From: Heteronotia binoei
Lineage: Eukaryota
Length of the DNA: 64,000 nucleotides
Assembly (NCBI RefSeq): GCF_032191835.1
Contig: NC_083224.1
Location: forward strand, 183,334,001 to 183,398,000
Reading direction: 5' to 3'
Part shown: positions 11,732 through 23,658 of the stretch, one piece after another
How positions within the stretch are numbered: the stretch's first letter is position 1
Layout of the letters: every line of letters starts with the position of its first letter
Program-made: the position numbers and the translations under genes
Notes under the pieces: model-generated
The model's input: only the letters and a program-made list of their open reading frames with translations
Told to the model about the DNA's origin: nothing
Databases searched by the model: none

Positions 11732-13469
11732 AGGTGGAGGTGTGCACAGAAATGTGATTTGGTTACTTAAAAACAAAACAAAACTATCCATGGGTTGAGA
11801 ACTACCAAGAAGGAAGAAGCAATCACCATACAGCTGGGATGAAACTGAATTAGATTTCTTGTTTATTTTCCATCATACAGGACTGCATCCTAGAGGCATC
11901 ATAAAATCTGGTTCCCCCAAGGCTGGTGTGGGGTGCTGAATGCCAGAGCAGCTGTCTGTGAGCTTACAGCTTCCAAGGGGCAACGGAGAGATTTGAGAGG
12001 AGCCTTCATGGCTCTATTCTTCCTAGTAGATCATTGGAGGTAAACATATTTGCAAGAGGTCACACTCTCTGTCCAAAGATGAATTTACACACACCTCTCC
12101 CCATTCACGGTCACTCCTGGTGTCCAGGGGGTGATTCAGTGAGTCTGACAGATGGGAGGAGTATAAGCATGAGTCAAGGGATATAGCTTATGTTTTGGCA
12201 GGGTCCACAGGTAGTATGCTCTCCATAGCGACAACGTCATCGTTCTCATGAAACGGTGTCTTGTTCTTTTGGACCCAGAATGTACCAGCATCTGCTGTGG
12301 TCTGAACTGAGGTTTCCTTGAACCCAGGCTACGTTCTGACAACCAAGAAGTACGCTTCTGAAGTCATGCATCCAGTTAATGTCTCTTGGCATCTTTTGTG
12401 AGATATCAATGCATGCTATGGTGGAATTGTAGCCTGATTTTAAATACTGGCAAGTCCTGCCTCACTTCAGATCTAATGTCAACGTTCTACAAGCTGCTAT
12501 ACTCTGTCCTTCCATTTCCACTTCCCCCTTCCCTTTGGATGTGTAGCTTTTCTCTCTTGCATCCTGGATTTCAACATACCAGTTTGCTGTGGTATCCAGC
12601 CTTCAGACTAGATTGAGACCACAGTCTGAATGGAATTTTATACCTTGGTCTGGTGCAACAAGCTGATAGCAATACTGCATCTTTTTAAAGTGACTCAGCG
12701 GTGGTGAGTGCAGCCACACATATTTCTGGCTCTCTCTTTGGCACCAAAACTTTCTGTGTTTTTACATCTGGGCTGGAACTAAACTCCCTTGGATTTGGAG
12801 TGAAGCTTAGTTTTTTTCAGGAATTCAACAGGAATAGTCCCATCTTCCTTTTAATGTAGGAGGGTTGCATATCCCTGGGGGATCCCCCTTCATCCGTTTT
12901 TGGGATGCTGGTTCTATGGGCTGCCTCCTCAGGGCCCACATGTAGGACCTGAGAGGGCCTGCTTTTATTCAGATTCCCCTTCCTCAGGGTCAATTGGCAA
13001 CTCCGTTCAGTCAAACAGAGGCTTTTAGATTCCATGAACTGGCTCATTCACCCACTAATTACATTTTCATACAAGAAACCATTCCCTGTTACAACACCAG
13101 ACAAGGACCAAAACAGCTTCAGTGGAATACACATATTGCTCCGTCCTGCACTTGGTTGGAGTGTCTGGAGACAGAGAACTTTCCAGAGCTTTCTGCCCAT
13201 CATTTCAGTCCCCCCCCATCCCAGCTAGTTCCCATTCTTTTAACGCGTTAGTGCTTTAAAACATAAATTTCTTGTGACAAACATATTCTAAGCCACTAGA
13301 TGACAGAGCAGGATTACTTTTCCAAGGCAGAAGGTGTACTCATTCTAAAAGTCGCCATCACACAGAGGGGCCTAGGGGGCCTTCTCTTGGCTGCCACCAC
13401 TCTGGTAAGGGTCTGCATAGCAGGGCCCAGAACACCAAACCATCCCTGTATTCCTTATTAGTAAATACC

Positions 13470-13961
13470 TCCCATATATGCCCGGGAGGTTGTTACGTTT
13501 GGCCTCCCAACATGTGTTGGCCGTCCCCCGCCCAAGAGACGGCCACCTTGCCTCAACTAGGACCAGGGCTTTTTCAGTCCTGGCCCCGACCTGGTGGAAT
13601 CAGCTCCCTACAGAGATCCGGGCCCTACCTGGCTTATTAGCCTTCCATATGGCCTGTAAAACGGAGCTGTTCCACCAGGCTTTTAGCTGAGGCTGCGGGC
13701 GTCTATTCTTGATCTGGTTGGCCTCCCCGGCCGGCACTGTCATCTGTGCTAGGAAATGGAATAAAAACTGCCGTCCCTATGAGATATCATGATGTGAGAC
13801 GGCTAGGCTGGGCAATATGTGATGTCATGGTAATCTGAGTGCTGTTGAGTTGTCTGTTTATAAAATGTTTTTATTGTATTTTATTGTTTTATTATATGTT
13901 GTACTTCGCCCTGAGCCTTACAGGAATGGGCGGAATAGAAATATACTAAATAAATAAATAA
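13470..13961 (+). mobile_element. L2 LINE 3' end
   Basis: ORF 13478-13690 RAFSVLAPTWWNQLPTEIRALPGLLAFHMACKTELFHQAF; tail GGGCGGAATAGAAAT...(TAAA)n. Confidence 0.75.
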
Positions 13962-14928
13962 CCACAACCAAGGAGATCTGAGAACCCAGGCAGGATAACA
14001 ACAAAAGAAGTTTATTATTAGTGCTCTAAAACAATAAGATTTAGTGCAACAGTGATTATAAAAACGGTAAAGGCTGATGCAAATAAACAGAAGCCCTGAT
14101 GCATTTAGCTAGACCAGGTGTGTCAAACATGCAGCCCAGGGGCCGAATCAGGCCCCTGGAGGGCTCCTATCAGGCCCGCAAGCAACTGGCTGTCATCTGC
14201 TTCCTCCAACCTCTCTCTTGCTTCCTTCTGCATCACAGCTTCCTTTGCAAGGCTTGCTCAAATGCACAGGAACTACAGAGCCAGCTCTCTATTTTCACCA
14301 TTGGCTGAGGATCCTCCTAATCCCCTAGGAAAGGAAGGAAAGAGCCAGAGCTTCCTTTGCCTGTTCCCTGGATCCCATGGGAGAGATACAAAGAAAGTAC
14401 CTTTAAGACCAAGTGCTAATGTTTTATTTTAAGGTTTTTTAAAACCTTTAATTGCATTTGTCTGTGTCCTTTATAAAGTTCATCTCTCTGCTGCCTAATC
14501 TTAAATAGGAACACACGTGACCCAGCCCAACAAGGTCTCCTTTATGTCAGATCTTGCCCTCATAACAAATGAGTTTGACACCTCTGAGGTAGACGTTCCC
14601 TGCTCTAATACCAAACTCGCCCCCTCCCTTGGGTGAGGGATCTCTTCCCAGTTGCAAGCTCTCTAGACTACAGCCTCTCTTCACCTCAGCCTTCCAGAGA
14701 GAACCGCCCCACCCGCAGCCTCTTCAGGAAAGAACCCACCCTGTCTGTGCTTGGCCCTTTTATGCTTTCCTCCCAGGTCCCACCCTTCTCTGAGTTAGTT
14801 TTCCCTCCAAAACCTTGCCACCCAATCTGAGGGTCAGAAGGAATCCTGGGAAATGTAGGCTTTCCATAGTAACTTCTAGGCAGTCTTCTCTGGAGCTTAT
14901 AGGCCTCACTAGGCCCAGGATCATGACA
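13962..14928 (-). mobile_element. Possible solo LTR interrupted by a MITE
   Basis: Minus strand starts TGTCATGA (14928), has TATA-like CATAAAAG (~14760) and AATAAA (~14036); left terminus and TSD not found. Confidence 0.3.
14115..14586 (+). mobile_element. hAT-Charlie-like MITE (TIR CAGGGGTGTCAAAC)
   Basis: CAGGTGTGTCAAAC...GTTTGACACCTCTG; TSD AGCTAGAC/AGGTAGAC. Confidence 0.85.
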
Positions 14929-16370
14929 GTTGCCCTTAAAGGGGGGAGGCATGAGTTAAATCACATTTAAAGGGGATTGCATACCGTTTAAATGCCTTCC
15001 CTCCATTGGAAATAATGGATAGGGACACTGGACACTGGAATAAAAACCTACTTTAAAATATTGAAGCTTCCCATATTTTTACCCAAATTTAACTTTGGCC
15101 ACCTATTTATGGAAGGAAACAAACTTCCTATAAATCAGGCAGGGGATGCTTTCTTCAGAAAGGTCTATGGGGAGAGCTTTGAGTTCTTTATGGGTTAACG
15201 ACTAAGCAGAATGAGTTTGCAGCTGGAACTCTGAAATCCAGAGTTCTTGTCCTTCAGGCACTGTTACCGTCAAGTATTTTAAGAGGACCTTTGGCACCTA
15301 TGTATCTCCCCTCACCTGCTCAAGTTGCATGAGTTGCGCTCTCATACACAAAGCTCAATCTTCCTGGATTTTTTTTTTTTTGAAGAGGAGGATGAGACCA
15401 GGAAGAATTCTCTGTCGCCCTCCAAGCTTCCACGTTGGTTAAGACAAAAACATGTGAGCCAGAGGCTAAAAAACTGTGAGCTAGCTCACATTAACTTAGT
15501 TTAGAGGGAACACTACTGTAAAGATAAGGCCCTGCAAGCTTCCTCATATGAGAAAGGGCCAAAAAGGAACAATTCCAGAACTTTCTATTTAGTTCCTGAG
15601 CCTTTCCACATTTCTTGGAGAGTGGTTGGGACAGAAAAACTGTAACAGCACATGCATGTAAATTAGCTAAAAAGAAAGTTTACTATGTTATTAGGGTGGG
15701 TTACATGGAAGAATAAAACTAAGAAAGTCTAGCTAGCTAGCTACATCTTCCTAGTTACTGTTAGCACCAATAGGGACACTTAACACAGAACCAAGGAAGC
15801 AGGGAGAAGCCCCTCTACATAACAGAAAACAGGTAACATATCCTAATAACAAACTAACCAGTGGCCAGGTTAAAAGTCAGTTTATTATGCAAGGGTCTTC
15901 CCTTTCTAGTGTGGGAATCTCTCCTTGATGCCCCTATTCGTTCTAACCAACTAACTATCAGCACAGATATACAAACAGGCTAACGCTTCCATGACATCAG
16001 TTAGAGAACTTGCTGAAACTCCCAACAGGCAGCCTGCTGAGCTGACAATTCACACCTGCCCTTGATTTCTGAGGACTGGAGGTTCTGCTGGAAGATGTTA
16101 GCTCTGCCGCCTCAGCAAGGAACCAGTTCTCTGCTCAACCCTGTTCTTTCCTGAGCCATCTGACCCAGCAGATCTCACAGCTGAGTGCCAGAACCACCAG
16201 GACAGATACTGGGAGCCAATTTCAGCAGAAATATCGATCAGCAGCCAAACAAAACGGAGGAACGAAGGCATCTTCCTCAGAAAATGTTGTAAAAACCTTA
16301 ATTGATGACATCTTCCTCAGCCTGCTGCCTTTTTTCAAAGAGATCTTGGAGTCTGCCTGCATGGTGGGAC

Positions 16371-16889
16371 TAGGGTTGCCAAGTCCAATTCAAGAAATAT
16401 CTGGGGACTTTGGGGGTGGAGCCAGGAGACTTTGGGGGGAGGGAGCCAGGAGTCATTGGGGTGGAGCCAGGAGCAAGGTTGTGACGAGCGTAACTGAACT
16501 CCAAAGGGAGTTCTGGCCATCACATTTAAAGGGATTGCATACCTTTTAAATGCCTTCCCTCCATTAGAAATAATGGATAGGGGCACCTTCTTTTGGAGCT
16601 CATAGCATTGGACCCCCTGGTCCAATCCTTTTGAAACTTGGAAGGTGTTTTGAGGAAAGGCATTGGATGTTATATGGCAAATTTGGTGCCTCTACCTCAA
16701 AAAACAGCCCCCCCTTCCAGAGCCCCAGCTCAATTCTCCATTATACCCTATGGGAATCGGTCTCCATAGGGAATAATGGAGTGCCCTGCAGACATTTCCC
16801 TCCCCGCCCACTTTCTGATGACCCTGAAGCAGGAGGAGGGCCTCCAAACCAGGGGATTCTCAGCCCTCACCTGGGGATTGGCAACTCTA
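16371..16889 (+). mobile_element. Long TAGGGTTGCCA-type non-autonomous hAT element
   Basis: TAGGGTTGCCA...TTGGCAACTCTA; internal module shared with 20142-21210, 37070-37511, 42749-43231, 51565-51925. Confidence 0.75.
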
Positions 16890-17705
16890 AATCAGAATAA
16901 GAATTCTGTCAATACATAAAAAGCTTATCTAAGTTAAAAGTCTCTTGAGATTTCAGAGTCATCAATAAGCTAGGTCGTGAAAACAACTGTGACATATTCT
17001 GTCACATAAATTGTTTTTGTGACCTAGGCCTGCAGTTTAAATCCCTCTGTGGTAAAAACAAGAGCCCGAGGGGCCATTTTATCACAAAAACAAACTCCCT
17101 TTGAAATATTTATTAAAACACACATTGGAAAATTCTGAAGTGAGAAGTTTGTTGGGGGGCATATTGCTGAGAATGCTAGAAGAGAACAGCAGCTGGTTGA
17201 TTTAAAAGATGAGCCTAAGTTGGCATTATTATTTGTTCTGAGCGCAAATGCAATTCTTGTGTATACTATAAAAGGCTGAGAAGGGCAGTTTGTTCCTCAG
17301 GCACAAGCCCGGTGGTGGAAAGTGAACTGACAAACTCAGTAGGTTAGCATATTCAAACATTTACTTCCAAACCCCAAATCTCTGGTAATTTTCAAACACA
17401 ACATGCTACATTTAGCTACTGACAATTTGAGGCATTGAAGACGATGGATTCAGACCTGTGTCCCTGGGGTAGCCTCATTCATTTATTAATGAAAACAAAA
17501 AGGAGACTTGTGGTCCTTTTAAGCTGTTCATCTTTAAGGCGCCACAAGAGCACAGCTTCATTCTAGATGCCATTCCCTGTCTCAGTAACGCTGCTTCCCA
17601 CCACTTTAATTTTACAGAAACCCACAGGTCTCAGCTTTCTAGGTGCTGATATGCCCAAACCTAACTCCGAGGAGCACAAGGCCAGATATATAGAGAGTCT
17701 CATAA

Positions 17706-17918
17706 GCAGGGCTGCTTCCTCTGAATTGGGAAGTCCTGGAGATTTGAGTGTAGAGCCCGGAAAGGAGAGGTTTAGGGAAAGTGGAAGGGTTAATGATAAT
17801 GACATAGAGCCCACCCACCGAAGCAGCCATTTTCTCCAGGGAAACTGATCTCTGTCATCTAGAGATCCATTGTAATTCTGGGAGATCTCTGGGCCCCACC
17901 TAGAGGCTGGCACCCCTA
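17706..17918 (-). mobile_element. Short TAGGGTTGCCA-type MITE
   Basis: GCAGCCATTTTCTCCAGG core; terminus GGCTGGCACCCCTA. Confidence 0.65.
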
Positions 17919-18020
17919 ACACAGCTGACTAACGACCGCATATGTACACATGCACAGCTTCCTCACACAAAGCATTAAAGACTCTGACGTCACAGCCCTT
18001 CATCTCACATGATTGCAGTT

Positions 18021-18292
18021 CAGTTTGGTGTACTATAGTGGTTAAGAGCAGTGGACGAATCGGGTTTGATTCCCCACTCCTCCTCCACATGCAACCAGCT
18101 GAGTGAACTTGGGCCAGTCACAGTTCTCTTACAGTTGTTCTCTCAAGAGCAGTTCTCTCAGAGCTTTCTCAGCCCCACCTACCTCACAGGGTACCTGTTG
18201 TGGGGAGAGGAAGGGAAGGCTTTACTCCGAGTAAAGCCACTCTGAGACTCTGAGTAAAGGGAGGGGAATAAATCCAATCTTCCTCTCTTCTT
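18021..18292 (+). mobile_element. Squam3/MIR-like tRNA SINE
   Basis: Same head, core and tail as the 8997 copy. Confidence 0.8.
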
Positions 18293-18600
18293 GGCATCAG
18301 AGATGGGCCCCAGCTTTCAACACATAAAAGTCCATCACTTGTTGGTACCAATTAGCCTCAGCCAATCCTAAGGTGGACAGGCCCCTACTACAGGTATTCC
18401 CCACCCCAGCCACCCACCACTGATCAGCTGGCCAGCAAGGGGAGTTACTGGCAGTGGGCAAAGCGCAGCTGAGCATCTCAGTGACAATTGCTGGCAGCGC
18501 AGCAATGTCATTTTTGGCACACACTGGAAGTGACATTATCGCTCTGGTACTTGGGCAAAAACCCTATGGTCAAACCATAAAGTTTTTGCCCAAATACCAG

Positions 18601-18673
18601 AGTGGCTGTAACTCAGTGGTAGAGCATCTACTTAGCATGCAGAAGGTCCCAGGTTCAATCCTTGGTATCTCCA
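18601..18673 (+). mobile_element. tRNA-Ala(AGC)-derived SINE head
   Basis: CTCAGTGGTAGAGCATCTACTTAGCATGCAGAAGGTCCCAGGTTCAATCC; acceptor stem does not pair, so not a tRNA gene. Confidence 0.7.
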
Positions 18674-19020
18674 GGGGGAAAAATGTTTCTGAAAACATTT
18701 ATTTGGTGTGCATATGCACACACACACGTGCACTACCATTTTAAAAAATAGAACAGTGAAAATGGAATGAAAGGTTCACACTTCTGAAATTTTTTTGTGT
18801 GTGTACCAGGGGAATTCAGACATCTGGAAATGCAGGATGAATGTGTGGGGATCTGTGAGCACCGGACTTTATCTGGCAGCTATCTACTTTGTATCCAACT
18901 CATCATACAATGGGGCGAGTACAAATGGGGAACGGCTATCAGATGTGGCCGTGTGAACAAGCCCATTTAATCTGTTAGGGAAAAGCAACTATATCAGGCC
19001 AAACTGCCCATCTGACCGTG

Positions 19021-19338
19021 GCCCTGGATAGTCCAGGCCAGCCCAATCTTGTCAGACCCCCATCCTGGCTGGTATTTGGATGGACACCTCCAAGGAATAC
19101 CAGGGTTGTGATGCAGAGGCAGGCAATAGCAAGCCACCTCTGAATGTCCCTTGCCTTCAAGCCCCACTAGGGGTAGCCAGAAGTCAGCCTGACTTGATGG
19201 CAAAAAATAAAATAAAATCTAGCAGTAGCTGATGTGAAAGACTCTACTGAGACCCTGGAGAGCCACTGCCAGTCTGAGTAGATGATATGGTCTTTGATGG
19301 ACCAAGGGTCTGAGTCAATATAAGGCAACCGTATGTAT
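19021..19338 (+). mobile_element. 5S-Sauria-like SINE (19021-19217) abutting a tRNA-Ala SINE tail (19218-19338)
   Basis: 5S-like head then GCAGAGGCAGGCAATAGCAAGCCACCTCTG; followed by AGTAGCTGATGTGAAAGAC...GAGACCCTGGAGAGC tail. Confidence 0.65.
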
Positions 19339-20141
19339 TGAACCTCACAGCGCTGGCAACACAATGATGTGCTTGAAGGGATGTTGCCAGATTGCTGGTG
19401 ATGTTGCTGAGATGGCAGGGCAGGTCACCCCACGGCTGGTGTGGCCTTTCAGATGGAAGACCACAAGGAGGCCCATGTAAGAGCAGGATTAAAATGCAAC
19501 AGTGAGAACCAGTCCTGATTGTGTGAGCCTCTGGCTCTGTTTAACGCTGAGTTTACACTTAGTGGGTGCCCAGTAATGGTGAGCAAACTCCTGGTAATTA
19601 TTGCTGATACCTGCAGATGCTCAGCTGGCTGGCAAGCAGAAGCAGACCACACAAAGAGAGGGAACAGCGACACAATGATATCACTTCTGGTGCTACCTGT
19701 AAGATCCACCATTGGGGTGACACTCTAGCACTTGCCCAGAAACTATATGGAAACCTATAGAGATTGGGGCAAGAGCTGGAGTGTTGCCCCTCTATGATGC
19801 TATCAATTCCAGGTTGTGCTGGAAGTGACATCATTGCATGGTGGTGGGGGGGGGAACCCTCAGTAAGTACCTTCCGCCTCCCACTTGCCTAGCAACCCTA
19901 TTTATAGTAGGAGAACAGGATGTCAGCGAGAGCCACAGAATTCAGTACTGGCCACAGAACTCAGCTCTCTGTGAATCTCCACTTTTTAAAAAGTTCTAAT
20001 CCTTACACTTACAGAAATACATTGGGAAAGAATGGACGATGCTAGCAAAAGAAGCCAGAGAGAGCAGCTGAGTAAGACTTCCAAAGGAAAGGGGTGGGAT
20101 CTCTGCCTTATGTAGCTGTCGCCCATCTTTGTGGCAAACAC

Positions 20142-21210
20142 GAGGATTGCCAGGTCTGACTCAAGAAATATCTGGGGACCAGTGCCGGCACATAGGAGTA
20201 GGTGGGGTAGGCAGCTGCCTAGAGCGCCACCCTGCCTTGGGGATGCTACCAGGTGCCCCCCTTACTCCCCCTTGCCCCTGCAGAGCACTCCTCTGGAGGA
20301 GCACTACACAAAGCAATATGCTCTTCCTTGGAAGCTTCCGAAGAGTGCACTGTTTTAGTGGTGCCCGGCCACTTTCGGGTTGAAAGCGACTGAGCGGTGC
20401 CTTCTCATTGTGCTCATCAGTGCAATGGGAAGGTGCCGCTCAGCCGCTTTCAACCCAAAAGCAGCTGGGCACAGCTAAAACAGTGCACTCTTTGGAGGCT
20501 TTCAAAGAAGCCTTTGAAGAGTCGCACACTGTCCATAGGGAAAGAGTGCGGCAGCACTCTTGTGCGCTGCCCATCGCTCCCCCGACCCATCCTTTGTGAT
20601 GTCACTTTTAGTGATGTCATCGCATAGTGTGCGTGTGCTTCGCACGCACATGATCATTTCCCCAACGGAGCTTGTGGGGGGGGGGGCGCAGGGGTCTGCC
20701 TGGAGTGGTAGAACCCCTAGCGCCAGCACTGCTAGGGACTTTGGGGGTGGAGCTCGGAGACTTTGGGGGTGGAGCCAGGAGCAACATTGTGACAAGCACA
20801 ACTGAACTCCAAAGGGAGTTCTGGCTATCACATTTAAAGGGACTGTGCACCTTTTAAATGCCTTCCCTACATTTGGAAACACTAGTGGACAGGGGCACCT
20901 TCTTTTGAAGCTCATAGAATTGGACCCCCAGTCCGATCTTTTTGAAACTTGGGGATTTTTTTGAGGAGAGGCACCAGATGCTATGCTGAAAATTTGGTGC
21001 TGATACCTCAAAAATAGCTCCCCCCCCAGAGCCCCAGATACCCACATATCAAGTTTCCATTATACCCCATGGGAACTGATCTCCATATGGTATAATGGAG
21101 TGCCCAGCAGACATTTTCCTCCCCACCTTGCTTTCTGAGAACTCTGAAGTGGGGGGGAGGGCTTCCAAACCAGCAGATCCCGTGCCGCCACCTGGGGATT
21201 GGCAACCCTA
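20142..21210 (+). mobile_element. Long TAGGGTTGCCA-type hAT element with a nested insertion
   Basis: GAGGATTGCCA...TTGGCAACCCTA; TSD GCAAACAC/GCAAGCAC. Confidence 0.8.
20180..20731. mobile_element. Nested hAT-type element (TIR CAGTGCCGGC) with an internal fold-back palindrome
   Basis: CAGTGCCGGC...GCCAGCACTG; TSD CTGGGGAC/CTAGGGAC; absent from the homologous 16371 copy. Confidence 0.8.
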
Positions 21211-21584
21211 GCAAGCACTGAATGGTCTTGTGCTTTGGTTTTGACTTTGACAGTCACCCTCACAACAGGTCCCCTCACCTCACTGTCAGGCTCCAGGGAG
21301 CACTCCCCATGTCTTAAAAACAGAAGATGGGAAGAAATCCAAGAAAAAAGAACTTGTGTGTCTGGGTTGTTCCTGCGCCGACAACTGAGAGGCCCAAAAG
21401 AGAAGGGGGAACCTCTCACGACGCCATCTCTTTCTCTCTTACATACCACAGCCTCCTACCCAAGCCATTTCCTCCTTGCTCAGAGGGAGAGGAGCAGTTT
21501 TCTTCGCATATGCCCAAGTATCCCTATCACCACCCCTATTATGTCCCAGAATGTCATACAGAGGAAGGCAGCAGGAAGGAACAG

Positions 21585-21949
21585 TCACAGCTCTTCAACC
21601 TGTTCCAAGACCCTCTTGCTGGGTTGACCGGACTCTGTCCACGCCACTGATGCCAAGCCAGGCCTGTGGATGTGGTTGTCATGCCCAAGTCCTTCCAAGG
21701 CCAGGTGCACCCCCTCTGAGAAGGATTCCGTGCCGTTCTCCAAGGCAGCCTCTTCTATCTTTTGGGGCCTGGAAAGCAGATGGCTTCTGATGAAATTGCC
21801 CAGGGTTTCTTTCTCACGCCTATTCTGTCCTTCATCGGCAAATTCAGTCCACAGAGGCTTCTCTGGCTCCTTGGCCCGAAGATTGACATCCTTTGCCAGG
21901 GAGGAGACAACTCGGGAGGAAGCATCATTGTGGAGGGACCTGGAAAAAA
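21585..21949 (-). CDS. CREB3L3: CREB3L3 last coding exon (ER-luminal domain)
   Basis: FSRSLHNDASSR (S1P-type RxL site)...LENGTES (N-glycan sequon)...EQVEEL*; acceptor CAG at 21952-21950. Confidence 0.95.
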
Positions 21950-21983
21950 CTGGGGAGGGAAGAGAAACATACAACGTGTGGCA

Positions 21984-22450
21984 AGTATTACCATCAGGCA
22001 GGCAAACCAAAGACCTCTGAAGGTATATGTGATCCAGATTACTAAGTTGTAATGTCCATATTGTATATCAAAGTCTTTAATAAATCAGATGTCTCATAGA
22101 AATGTCTCACACAGGTATGGTTCACAGTAGAACAAATATATCTTCAAATCCCCAAAATTGCAGATTGCGACAGGATTGGTAACGTGTAATTGATGTTTCT
22201 TACATCCATTTCCTCAGGCTTGAGATTTACTGAGAAACCCAGAAATTCATCTGGTACTCAATTCTATTTAGTTTCCAAGGTACCAGAGGGTCTCCACAAT
22301 TCTATAGCCGGCAAGAAAGCTCAGTCAGCTCCATGAGACATCTGATTTATTAAAGACTTTGATATACAATATGGACATTACAGTTTAGTAGTTTGGATCA
22401 CATATACCTTCAGAGGTTTTTTGGTTTGCTCAGTATTACCATCAGGCAGG
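21984..22450. mobile_element. Fold-back insertion with ~95-bp inverted ends and a 19-bp flanking direct repeat (possibly Penelope-like)
   Basis: Inverted arms 22002-22097 and 22333-22429; AGTATTACCATCAGGCAGG at 21984-22002 and 22432-22450. Confidence 0.7.
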
Positions 22451-22599
22451 GTTGAACGTTCACTGGGGTATGCAAATTGCAAGCTTGTCATCTACCAGTG
22501 CAAGGGCCTTTTCAGTGGTTGCCCCTTCTCTCTGGAATCAGCTCCCCAGCATTTCTTAGGGCATATAAGGCTGCTTGTCTCATGCAGCTTTTGGTTACT

Positions 22600-22848
22600 A
22601 TTATGGACCAAAGAACTGACAAGTAGTTTGTCAACTCTCTCAACCCCATGCATAATTTTATAAACCTCTATCATACCCCCCTTAGTAATTTCTTTTCTCA
22701 ACTGAAAAGTCCCAGACTCTTCAGCCTTTCCTAATAAGGAAGGTGCTCCAACCCCCAAATCGTCTTGGTTGCTCCCCTCTGTACTTTTCTCAGCTCTGCA
22801 GTGTCCTTTGGGAGACATGGTGACTAGAACCATACGCAGTATTCCATT
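22600..22848 (-). mobile_element. CR1 LINE RT fragment
   Basis: Minus-strand translation ...EITKGGMIEVYKIMHGVERVD..., typical CR1 ORF2 C-terminal region. Confidence 0.65.
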
Positions 22849-22980
22849 CGCTATAACCAATAATCAGCTCCCCCACCCCCCGATGGTCAGCCACTGATTG
22901 CTAGCTGGCCCAGGGTCTCCAAGGCAATTTCAGGCCTTATGTAGCCTCTCAGTGGCTTCTGCACTCAGCTCTGCTCTCAC

Positions 22981-23077
22981 CTCTCACAGGCATGAAGTCG
23001 CCTTCCATCTCGCCTTTGTTGCGAGCAAAAGGGCTGATGGACGGGAAAACAATCAGTGCAAAGGAGAGCAGGAGGAC
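22981..23077 (-). CDS. CREB3L3: CREB3L3 exon (transmembrane segment)
   Basis: [32 protein letters not shown]; CAG/GTGAG borders; 97 nt. Confidence 0.96.
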
Positions 23078-23365
23078 CTGAGAACCAGATCAGAGAGAAA
23101 GAGGATTCAGAAGGCTTCCTTCTGGCAAGAGGACAGCAAAGTGAGGGTTTGGGGCCATCTGGGAAGCCTTGTCTCTTAGCTGCCTTTTAGTCTACTTTAA
23201 GCTCCTTCCCAAAGTCAGTCCTAACTGGTCTTGGGACCAGAGAATCTCATCCCTTATCAATCTACCCATGAGTATAAAGTGTTTCTCTGCATTGTGCCTT
23301 TCTTCTAAAGTGAAAGGGGCAGCTACAGGAAAGAGGGCCTTTTACATGGTGGCACCAGTTTTGGG

Positions 23366-23548
23366 CAGGGCTTTTTTTGTAGCAGGAACTCCTTTGCATA
23401 TTAGGTCACACCTCCCCTTATGTAGCCAATCCTCCTGGACCTTATAGTAGGCCCTGGACTAATAGCCCTGTAAGCTTTTGGAGGATTGGCTACATCAGGG
23501 GTGTGTGGCCTAATATTCAAAGGAGTTCCTGCTCCAAAAAAAGCCTTG
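23366..23548. mobile_element. hAT-type MITE (TIR CAGGGCTTTTTTT) inside an L2 fragment
   Basis: Perfect TSD GTTTTGGG; related copies at ~38350-38535, ~43812-43915, 48471-48666. Confidence 0.85.
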
Positions 23549-23658
23549 GTTTTGGGACTTCCTCTCCAGATATATTTGCTGAAACTGTCATTATTTAGTA
23601 TAGAGGTTCCAGGCAGAGCAGAGGAAATGTTCTTAATTTCATTTCTTTTTATGTACCC

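Noticed and set aside
20502-21047. 181-aa ORF and similar ORFs ending ...FWPSHLKGLCTF
   Set aside because: Recurrent chance frames within copies of the same non-autonomous hAT element, with no transposase motifs
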